The notes beneath the pieces are model-generated. The model did no database searches, had not been told where the DNA came from, and saw only the letters and a program-made list of their open reading frames with translations. Position numbers and translations under genes: made by a program. A stretch of 64,000 nt of DNA, taken from Alphaproteobacteria bacterium (lineage in GTDB: Bacteria; Pseudomonadota; Alphaproteobacteria; SHVV01). Below are positions 18,377 to 26,770 of the stretch, piece by piece. The DNA lies in contig CBDCYR010000009.1 of the NCBI GenBank assembly GCA_965224275.1, positions 413,945-477,944 on the forward strand, written 5' to 3'. Within the stretch, counting starts at the first letter, position 1, and each line of letters opens with the position of its first letter.

Positions 18377-18952
18377 TTAGTGAAAATCACGCGACGGGAA
18401 AATGCGCTGCGCTGTGAGTCGCTTGTTTGTCGTGCGCGAGTCGGGGCCGGAACCGGTGCGGGCTTCGTCGCCGGGCGTCGCCGGGACATCGAGCTTGAGA
18501 TGATCGTTGTTGAAATTGCCGCCGGTCGCCAGCGGCCGCGTCGAATACCCGATCGCCGGCATCGGCCGGGCAAACCGGGTATCGAAGCCCTTAAGCGATA
18601 GATCGCGGCGGCCAAGATCGATCAGACGGTCGGTCATATCGATCAGCCGCGCGGCGATGACGTGGATGACCAAGCCTTCCTTCTCCACCTTGCCGGCAAC
18701 CGACAACAAGCGGGAACGCAACACCACCTTGCGGTTGCGTTTGAACATCTTGGGCCACACCACGATGTTGGCGACGCCGGTTTCATCTTCGAGCGTCATG
18801 AAGATCACGCCGCTTGCGGTGCCTGGCCGCTGGCGCCCGATCACCAATCCCGCCACGCGGACAAAGCTGCCCACTTTAATGCGAGCAAGTTCCTCGGCCC
18901 GGATATGGCGCATTGAACGAAGCCGCTCCACGGCAGTTTTTGCTTCAGACAT
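18377..18952 (-). pseudogene. dnaE2: C-terminal fragment of error-prone DNA polymerase DnaE2 (OB fold + SRDFH tail)
   Basis: VAGLVIGRQRPGTASGVIFMTLEDETG and terminal SRDFH; PHP and polymerase domains absent; AGGAGG RBS at 18961-18966. Confidence 0.85.
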
Positions 18953-19139
18953 TGAGCCTTCCTCCTAATGTGCAGCGCTTGTTTCCGGGTGTTGGAGTGC
19001 CGGATTTGTGTCGGATCCCGGGTGCCGGTTCCGCAATCTAAGAGCCTACCTGTTTTCTGGTTTCCCACGGTTAGCATCGACCCCACTGATGGCCAGCCCC
19101 GGATTGTCCGGTGGAGCGCCGTTCAGGCCAGGGAGATCG

Positions 19140-20015
19140 ATGATGAAAACCACCGACACGACATACGTATCGCCTCTTCGAGGGCGGATGATGGAACAGA
19201 TGGGCATAGCCGGTCTGGCCGATAGCACACAGGCCATGTATCTGCGCGAGATCGAGACCCTCAACAAACATTACAACAAGCCGCCGGACCGGCTTGACGC
19301 CGAGGAGGTCCGCAGCTGGCTGCTGGCGAGGATCGAGCGCGGTCTCGACCCGAACACGACCAATGTAAGCCTCGGTGCGCTCAGGTTCCTGTATCGCGAC
19401 ACACTGCGCCGTCCCGAGATGGTCGACGGGCTCCGTTACCGCAAGAGGCCCCGCAAACTGCCCCGGTCAATGGCGGAGAAGGAGGTCGAGCGCTTGATCC
19501 TCGCCATCTCCGACCTCCGTTATCGGGCCGCGACGGTTCTTGCCTATGGCGCCGGTCTCCGCATCTCGGAAACTGTTGAGGTGCAACTCATCGACATCAA
19601 GTCGGACAAACGGCTTCTGCACATCCGTTCCGGCAAGGGCGGCGCCGAGCGCATGGCGCCGCTTCCCGACGGGCTCGTCGAATACCTGCGGCGTTACTGC
19701 AAGAACCTCTTTCCACGACCGGTCACGTGGCTGTTCTACGGTGAGTCGCCGGAGGTGCCTCTCAAGATCGATACCCTGCGTGTTGCCTTTAAGAAGGCCT
19801 GCCGCAAGGCCGGCGTCGACGGCTGCCATACCTTCCATAGCTTGAGGCATTCGGCCGCCACCCACTGGCATGAGCGTGGCGGCAACATCGATGTCATCCA
19901 GGATGTCCTGGGTCACCGGAATGCCGACACGACGCGCGGCTACGCCCGCGCCACCGGCAAGATGTTCGAGACCCTCGACCATCCGCTCTCGGGCTTCGAC
20001 CTGATCGACGCCTGA
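19140..20015 (+). CDS. Tyrosine recombinase / integrase
   Basis: YGAGLRISE, GKG, HSLRHSAATH, LGH, TTRGY; GGGAGA RBS before ATG 19140. Confidence 0.93.
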   Translation: MMKTTDTTYVSPLRGRMMEQMGIAGLADSTQAMYLREIETLNKHYNKPPDRLDAEEVRSWLLARIERGLDPNTTNVSLGALRFLYRDTLRRPEMVDGLRYRKRPRKLPRSMAEKEVERLILAISDLRYRAATVLAYGAGLRISETVEVQLIDIKSDKRLLHIRSGKGGAERMAPLPDGLVEYLRRYCKNLFPRPVTWLFYGESPEVPLKIDTLRVAFKKACRKAGVDGCHTFHSLRHSAATHWHERGGNIDVIQDVLGHRNADTTRGYARATGKMFETLDHPLSGFDLIDA

Positions 20016-20021
20016 GGCGCC

Positions 20022-21269
20022 GTGAAGCGCAAAGACGCCGGCGTGGCTGATATTTTCCGCCGCGCCGGCGCAGATTACCGGCGGCGCCTGGCCGGCCAGC
20101 TTGACGCCGGACGCCTCAAGGTCATGGCCGCGATCGAGTCCTGCCGGACGTCCGTACTCGGTGGCCACATGTATCAATGCGACGGCTGCAGGCGCGAGCA
20201 TCCGCTCTACAACTCGTGCCGCAACCGCCACTGCCCGTCCTGCCAGGGGCTTGCCGCAAGGCAATGGCTGGAGGCGCGCGCCGCCGATATCCTGCCGGTG
20301 CCGTACTTCCACGTTGTATTTTCGTTGCCCAAAGAAGTCAGCGGGATCGCCTTTTGCAACCGCAAGGTCGTGTTCAACATCCTGTTTCGCACCGCCGCCG
20401 AGACCCTGCGCACCATCGCCGAGGACGACCGTCACGGTGGACTGCGTATCGGCGGCACCGCGGTCCTCCACACTTGGGACCAGAAGCTCGGCTTCCATCC
20501 GCATCTGCATATCGTCGTGCCTAACGCCGGCTTCGATGTCGCAACCGGCCAATGGAAGACCGGAAGCGGCACCTTCCTGGCCCCGGTCAAGGTCCTCGCC
20601 AGCCTGTTCCGGCGCCGCTTCCTTGAGGAGCTCACCCGCGCCCATGCACGCGGGAAAATCGAATTTCATGGCGGCATCGCCCATCTCGCCAATCCCGGAG
20701 AGTTCCACGCCACCCTCGTGGCCGCCCGCGGCAAGAACTGGATCGTCTACGCCAAACGACCCTTTCGCGATGCCGAACAGGTCTTCCGCTATCTCTCCCG
20801 ATACACGCACAGAATTGCCATCGGCGACAGCCGCATCATCGCCTGCGATGGACAGAACGTCTCCTTCCGTTGCCGCAAGCCGACCAGTCCGGGGCAAAGG
20901 AAACCCCGCTACGGCACGGCCACCATCACCGCCGACGAGTTCATCCGCCGGTTCCTGTTGCATGTCCTGCCAAACGGACTGCATCGCATCCGCCACTTCG
21001 GAATCCTTGCCAATGGAAGCCGTGCCAAGACCCTCGAAGTCGCGCGCGAGGCGCTGGGTGTAAACGGCCTCCAGGCGCATACAGCCGTAACCCATGACGG
21101 CGAGGAGGACGACCACCGCAATAGCGGCCTGGAGACCGGGATCGCGCCCGTTCCCTGCCCGCACTGTGGCGGCGAATTGCGGAAAATCCGGGAAATCTCC
21201 CGCCGGTACGATCCGTTCTCTTCACGAGACCCTCCCCCCGCTCAACCGGCGCAGGACGCGAAACCATGA
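20022..21269 (+). CDS. IS91-family transposase with Zn-binding N-terminal domain
   Basis: CRT..LGGH...C..C, SCRNRHCPSC, LHTW, HPHLH (HUH), YLSRY (Y2), FLLHVLP, IRHFG. Confidence 0.93.
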   Translation: MKRKDAGVADIFRRAGADYRRRLAGQLDAGRLKVMAAIESCRTSVLGGHMYQCDGCRREHPLYNSCRNRHCPSCQGLAARQWLEARAADILPVPYFHVVFSLPKEVSGIAFCNRKVVFNILFRTAAETLRTIAEDDRHGGLRIGGTAVLHTWDQKLGFHPHLHIVVPNAGFDVATGQWKTGSGTFLAPVKVLASLFRRRFLEELTRAHARGKIEFHGGIAHLANPGEFHATLVAARGKNWIVYAKRPFRDAEQVFRYLSRYTHRIAIGDSRIIACDGQNVSFRCRKPTSPGQRKPRYGTATITADEFIRRFLLHVLPNGLHRIRHFGILANGSRAKTLEVAREALGVNGLQAHTAVTHDGEEDDHRNSGLETGIAPVPCPHCGGELRKIREISRRYDPFSSRDPPPAQPAQDAKP

Positions 21270-21531
21270 AACATCGGATCCCATCCGGATCGGCAAACGT
21301 CGTCATCGCGTCGGCGAACCGGTCGGCGTGCGCTCAATTACGAACACAAGGCAATCGCCAACGAAAAGTGTCTCTACCGTCGGCAATCAGCTGTCGAAAA
21401 AATATAAATGCTGGTCGGAAGCCTCGTCTCACGCGTCCCAACGATAGTGACCACCCGCCCCGGCGCAGGCATCAACGCACTTTCCACATAGGCTGACACC
21501 TACACTCGCGGCCCACGGCCTCGTTCAAACA

Positions 21532-21563
21532 GCTTAGGCAGATTCTGCCGAATCTGCCTAAGC
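21532..21563. repeat. Perfect 14-bp hairpin at the element/gene junction
   Basis: GCTTAGGCAGATTC-TGCC-GAATCTGCCTAAGC. Confidence 0.85.
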
Positions 21564-22958
21564 CTTAAGATTTCGCAAACCGCGCTGGCCGGCGAACTCG
21601 GCATCTCGCCGAGCTATCTCAATCTAATCGAACACAATCAGCGGGCTGTTACGGTGCCGCTACTGATCAAGTTCGCCCAGGCTTTCGAGGTCGACCTCAC
21701 GAACTTCGCCGATGACGATGAATCGCAACTCCAGACGGATTTGCGGGAAGTGTTCGGCGACTCGATGTTCGGCGGCCGTGATATCAGCCTCAGTGAGATT
21801 CGAGAGTTGGTGGCGGTTGCGCCGGAGGCCTGGGCGCGCGGTTTTGGAACTGTACGGCGCCTACAGCCGGATGCGCGACGACCGCGCCGCATTATTCGAG
21901 CGTCTTGATGGCGATGATCGCGCCACCGCCTCGGCCAGTGCGTCGCGTCTTGCCTCGGAAGAAATCACCGATTTCGTTCAAGCACGTGGGAACTACTTCC
22001 CGTTGCTCGAAGAGGCCGCCGAACGCCTGTGGCGCGATGCCAGGCTCGAATATGGCGACGTTTACGCGGGTCTGGTTCGCCACCTCCAGGAGTCGTTCGG
22101 CGTTCGCGTCAAGATCGTACCTTTTACGGAGAGCCGAAACACCGTTCGTCGCTACGACGAAAATGACCGTACGGTGCTGCTTTCGGAAGTGCTGCCGCAG
22201 AGCAACCGAAATTTCCAACTCGCCAACCAGATCGGTTTGCTCCAGTTTCGCGCCACGATCGACAGCTACCTTGAGGGCGTGCGCTTTGCCAATCCGGATA
22301 CGCCCGCGTTTGCTCGTATTGCGCTTGCCAACTACTTCGCCGGCGCGGTCTTGATGCCTTATGAGTCGTTTCTCGACGCGACCAGAACAGCACGTCACGA
22401 CGTCGACATTCTCGAAAACCGGTTTGGCGTCAGTTTCGAACAAGCCTGCCACCGACTGACCACATTGCAGCGACCGGTTCGCGCGGCGTCCCGCTCCATT
22501 TCATTCGTGTGGACATCGCGGGAAACATTTCGAAACGTTTCTCGGCCTCCGGGATCCAGATTTCCCGACAAGGCGGGGCGTGCCCGCGCTGGAACGTCTA
22601 CGATGCCTTTATGTCGCCGGGGCTGATTCGCACCCAGGTTTCCAAAACACCGGATGGAGCGACGTATTTTTGCATCGCGCGGACGGTGCAAAAGCAAGGT
22701 GGCGGGTATTGGCAACAACAAAGTTTTTTGGCGATTGGGCTGGGCTGTCGAATCGAGGATGCCAACACGTTCATTTACGCCGACAGTGTGGATCTCGAGA
22801 ATGTCGAAGCCGCCGTTCGGATCGGCGTTAACTGCCGTATCTGCGAGCGCATGGATTGCCGGCAGCGAGCGTTTCCGCCAATCCACCATCGCCTGAACGT
22901 CGACGAAAACGTGCGCGGTTACTCGGCTTATGTGACTCCCTTGGGAGCGGCGGTGTAG
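21564..22958 (+). pseudogene. RamB/PccR/ScfR-family short-chain acyl-CoA regulator, 5'-truncated with two frameshifts
   Basis: LKISQTALAGELGISPSYLNLIEHNQR (XRE HTH lacking its start), ANYFAGAVLMPY, VSFEQACHRLTTLQRP, DIAGNISKRFSA, CRICER..C.QRAFPP; frame changes near 21830 and 22475. Confidence 0.85.
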
Positions 22959-23093
22959 CCAAGCCAGTCAGACAAGAACGCGCCGAAATCGGTCGCAACG
23001 ACCGCATTTGGTGGGCTCATATTCGAGGCGCATTGCGCCTCGGAATTAGCCTTGAAGTCTAGGTAAAAACCCTTAGTCGAATAGGGATCGACA

Positions 23094-23140
23094 GTAACGG
23101 CTTATTAAGCAGATCGAGGCAGGATTGGCAGACGCCGTGC
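23094..23140 (+). promoter_or_regulatory. Sigma54-type promoter with an upstream CtrA-like box
   Basis: TGGCAGACGCCGTGC (GG-N10-GC, 23126-23140); GTAA-N7-TTAA (23094-23108); directly upstream of the flagellin gene. Confidence 0.55.
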
Positions 23141-23183
23141 CGGGCGACCGAAAACAAATCTGGCGCCCAATTGGAGATCTGCC

Positions 23184-23999
23184 GTGTCCTTCTCAGTTAA
23201 TACCAATGTCGGAGCGTTTGTCGCTCTTCAGAATCTCAACAAAACCACCAGCATGCTCGAGACCACGCAATTGCGGATCACGACGGGCTTGCGGGTTAAT
23301 GGTCCCAAAGACGATGCCGCTAACTTTGCTATCGCCACGCGCTTGCGCGGCGACATCAAAGGCATCGAATCGGTCAAGATTGCTTTGTCAACCGGCGATT
23401 CGATCGTCAATGTCGCGATCTCCGCCGGTAAATCGATTGCGGACCTGTTGACCGACATGAAGGCCAAGGTGGTCCAGGCCAATCAGGCTGGCTTGGATGC
23501 GGCTTCGCGTACCGCGTTGAATAATGACTTCACCGCGCTGCGGGATCAGCTTACGACCATCGTCGAGACCGCAGAATTCAACAATACCAACCTCATCACC
23601 ACGGGTGCGTCGACCCTGACCGTGCTGAGCACGGTCGATGGCAGCGTCATCGCGGTGAGCGCCCAGGCCATGGACATCGGTACGCTGGGGATTGCTGCCG
23701 ACGACTTAACCTCGAGTTCGGGTGCACTGACCGCGCTGACCTCGATCAACGCCGCCATTAACAGTGTGGCCGACAAACTTGCAGCGCTCGGTTCATCGGC
23801 CAAGCGGATCGAGGTTCAAACCGAGTTTACACAGCAGCTTGTCGACATTCTCAAAGGGGGTTTGGGCAATCTGGTTGATGCCGATCTCGCCGAGGAAAGC
23901 GCCACGCTACAGGCGCTGCAGATCAAGCAGCAGCTCGGCGTGCAAGCCCTGGCAATCGCCAATTCGGGCCCGCAGAGCATTCTGTCCTTGTTCCAGTAG
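23184..23999 (+). CDS. Flagellin (short alphaproteobacterial type)
   Basis: SVNTNVGA..ALQNL, TGLRVNGPKDDAA, LVDADLAEESA.LQALQIKQQL, AN.GPQSILSLF. Confidence 0.96.
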   Translation: MSFSVNTNVGAFVALQNLNKTTSMLETTQLRITTGLRVNGPKDDAANFAIATRLRGDIKGIESVKIALSTGDSIVNVAISAGKSIADLLTDMKAKVVQANQAGLDAASRTALNNDFTALRDQLTTIVETAEFNNTNLITTGASTLTVLSTVDGSVIAVSAQAMDIGTLGIAADDLTSSSGALTALTSINAAINSVADKLAALGSSAKRIEVQTEFTQQLVDILKGGLGNLVDADLAEESATLQALQIKQQLGVQALAIANSGPQSILSLFQ

Positions 24000-24341
24000 G
24001 CCAGCGCGGCACGACGCCACGGGATGGCGCCTAGCTTGGGCTCGGCAATCGTGGGCGCGGCGACCTAATCGTGGGCGGCTGCGCGGAAAATGGTCGATCT
24101 CCAGCGCGCGGTCGCGCCACCAGGGTCATTGCGGTACCATTGTAGAGCGGGTGCAGCGTGCGATAGGTGATGTGGGCGCGCAGCAGCGGCACGCCGGCAG
24201 CGAACAAGCGGTTGCAGTACCGTATCAATGCAAATCCATTCCATGGAATGTAATTTAGTCTCCAACCGGGCGGTTCAAACCGGGCCGCCATTGTCGCGCC
24301 ACGCAGCTCGCGTTAGAAGACCACAAAGGGAGGCGACCAAC

Positions 24342-25355
24342 ATGGCGAGTGCGGCACCAATCGAGATGCGGGCGAAGTTTGGCCTCAGCCTGTCGACGCG
24401 GGCGATATTGTTCGATTGGGGTACGCTCGACGACCTCCTCGACATGACGGTTATCGCCGAGGATTCCGGCTATTTCCATGGCGTCTGGGTGGGCGACAAC
24501 CTGCTGTCAAAGCCTCGCGTGGAGTCCATCGTCACGCTCTCGGCGATGGCGACGCGCACCCGTCGCCTCAAACTCGGGACCGTGTGTTTGGCGAGCTTCC
24601 CGATGCGCGACCCGATCCTGTTCGCGCTGCAATGGGCGAGCCTCGATGTGCTCTCGCATGGCCGTACTATTTTGACCGTGTGCAATGGCGGCTCGAAGTT
24701 CGATGGTCCCCAGTTTGCTCACGAACTCGAGGTCATGGGGGTCGACTCGCGCGACCGCGTCGGCCGGGTGGTTGAAGGGATCTCGATCCTGCGTCGGCTG
24801 TGGAGCGACGAAGTGGTCACGCATGCCGGCAAGCATTACCAGTTTTCAGACGTCGATCTGCACCCCAAGCCGGTGCAACCCCATATGCCGATCCACCTTG
24901 CCGTCAATCCCCGCGAAGGCGAGGTCGACGACGCCGTGATCGAGCGCATCCTGCGCCGGGTGGCGGCCCATGCCGATGGCTGGCAGACCGATTCGACCCC
25001 GGTCGACACCTTCAAGAAGCGCTTCGACACCATCCGCCACTACGCCGACGAACTCGGCCGCGACAGCACCGGCATGGACGGCTCCTTGCATCTCATGGTT
25101 AACATGAACGAGGATCGCGACCAGGCATTTGAAGAGGCGACCACGTTCTTAACGTCTTATTACGGCGCCGGCACGATCTCGCGCGAGCGCGCCGAAACCT
25201 GGCTCGCCTACGGATCGCCGCAACAGGTGATCGATAAGATTGCCGCTTATGTCGAGGCGGGATGCACGATCCCGATCCTGCGCTTCGTCGCCCCGCGACC
25301 GCGCGAACAATTGCAACGCTGCATTGAAGAAGTCCTGCCGGCGTTCCGCGCCTGA
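24342..25355 (+). CDS. LLM-class flavin-dependent oxidoreductase
   Basis: AEDSG..GVWVGD, T.RLKLGT, WASLDVLS.GR, PKPVQP, A..ADGW; GGGAGG RBS before ATG 24342. Confidence 0.88.
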   Translation: MASAAPIEMRAKFGLSLSTRAILFDWGTLDDLLDMTVIAEDSGYFHGVWVGDNLLSKPRVESIVTLSAMATRTRRLKLGTVCLASFPMRDPILFALQWASLDVLSHGRTILTVCNGGSKFDGPQFAHELEVMGVDSRDRVGRVVEGISILRRLWSDEVVTHAGKHYQFSDVDLHPKPVQPHMPIHLAVNPREGEVDDAVIERILRRVAAHADGWQTDSTPVDTFKKRFDTIRHYADELGRDSTGMDGSLHLMVNMNEDRDQAFEEATTFLTSYYGAGTISRERAETWLAYGSPQQVIDKIAAYVEAGCTIPILRFVAPRPREQLQRCIEEVLPAFRA

Positions 25356-25381
25356 CGCGGACGGGCTGGCCGGCGGGCTGG

Positions 25382-26770
25382 CTAGAGCAACACGTGGTCG
25401 ATCAACGGCGCGACGGAGGTCAGCTCATCGAGAGCCCAGCCGAGTTCGAGGATTTTTTCTTGGCTGCGGGCGCTGAGAACGTCGCCGGCGCAGGTGCGGA
25501 ACTTGGCTTCGATGGTCTCGTCGGGCAGACCGCGGGCGATTTCCTCGAGTGACAGGGTGCGGTGGGCAATGGCGCTGGTGCCGCCCGCAACGGTCGCCTC
25601 GAGGCGGCAGTTACGGATCTGTGGCGTTTGGGCTGAAAAGTCGTCGCTGATTTCGATCGTCGTGCGCCCGATCAGGTCCAGCACATCGCGGTCGAGAAAG
25701 CGCTCGCGGTGGAACGTATCCGGTGCAACCTGGCCGTCGAGCAAGGTAACGGCGACCGAAAACGGCATCGAATGATCGGCGGTCTCGCGGGTTTGCGGAG
25801 CCCACAATTCGGGATCCTTCACGGCGCCGGCATAGGCCGATTTGTAGGTCGAGATGTGCAGCTTTTCGATATCCGCGGCAGCCACTTTGGTGCGCAGGTC
25901 GAGCGCGGTGTCGATTGGCAGTTGGCAGGAATCGCGTACCGGGTAGGTCTTGATGTTGGTCTGGTTGAGGCCGTAACTGGTGGCCGCGCCGGCGACCGGT
26001 AAATCGATGTCATAGGGTTTATCCAGCGCCTGGTTCCACACCCCGAAGATGCCTTCAAACGGGTGATAGGGGCCGGTCATTCCTTCGGCAGCCAGGCGGG
26101 CGGCAAAGATTCCGTTGCGCGCGCCATTGGGGCCTGCGCAACCCTTCCACATGCTGAGTTCGCCGGCGCGGGTTTGATAGGTGCATAAATTGGCGATCAG
26201 CGACAACGCAATCGCCTGCGCCATCTGATCGCGCGCGATACCCAGCAACCGCCCACAGGCCAACGCGCAGGCCATGGCGCCGACCACCGGCTGGTCCCAG
26301 CCGGCATCATTGAACGGCACGCTATCGGTGAAGCGACACTGGATCTCATACGAGACCGCCAGCGCGACGATGAAATCCCGGCCCGACAGTCCCAGCGCCT
26401 CCGTCATCGCCAGAATGCCGGGCAAGTTGTCGGAGGGATGGGAAGCGTCGAGCGTGCGGTAGGCGTCGTTGAGGTCGAGGTAGCGCACCATCGAGCCGTT
26501 GACGAACGCTGCCGTCTCAGGCGTCGTGACCAGACCGGTGCCGAACAGACGTGACTTAAGCCCACCGCTCGTGGGTTGGGCGACACGGCGCGCGATCACC
26601 ACGGGCGGCGCTTGGTTGGCCGCCATGCCGACGCCGATCGAATCGATCAGGCGGACCTTGGCGGCATGCACTGCGCTATCGGGGAGGTCGTCAAAGTCGA
26701 GCCCGGCCGCGAAATCGACCAAGCGTTCAACCAGCGCGTCGATCGCCACAATTTCGTTCCGCCTAGCCAA
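25382..26770 (-). CDS. MmgE/PrpD-family protein (paralog 1)
   Basis: RYLDLND, HPSDN, TRAGELSMWKG, TRETADHS; exact start uncertain. Confidence 0.9.
   Translation of the reverse strand: MARRNEIVAIDALVERLVDFAAGLDFDDLPDSAVHAAKVRLIDSIGVGMAANQAPPVVIARRVAQPTSGGLKSRLFGTGLVTTPETAAFVNGSMVRYLDLNDAYRTLDASHPSDNLPGILAMTEALGLSGRDFIVALAVSYEIQCRFTDSVPFNDAGWDQPVVGAMACALACGRLLGIARDQMAQAIALSLIANLCTYQTRAGELSMWKGCAGPNGARNGIFAARLAAEGMTGPYHPFEGIFGVWNQALDKPYDIDLPVAGAATSYGLNQTNIKTYPVRDSCQLPIDTALDLRTKVAAADIEKLHISTYKSAYAGAVKDPELWAPQTRETADHSMPFSVAVTLLDGQVAPDTFHRERFLDRDVLDLIGRTTIEISDDFSAQTPQIRNCRLEATVAGGTSAIAHRTLSLEEIARGLPDETIEAKFRTCAGDVLSARSQEKILELGWALDELTSVAPLIDHVLL

Larger units (their letters stand above)
18913..21528 (+). 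mobile_element. Tyrosine recombinase + IS91-family (Y2/HUH) transposase element
   Basis: Two-gene module; boundaries inferred from the inverted 14-mers TTGAACGAAGCCGC (18913-18926) and ACGGCCTCGTTCAA (21515-21528) and from truncation of both flanking genes. Confidence 0.7.

Noticed and set aside
19467-21164. 565-aa minus-strand ORF
   Set aside because: Antisense shadow of the integrase and IS91 transposase in GC-rich DNA; no recognisable motifs.
24031-24291. Possible remnant of a MaoC/hot-dog dehydratase (ITYRTLHPLYNGTAMTLVAR)
   Set aside because: The resemblance covers only about 20 residues; not enough to call without a search.
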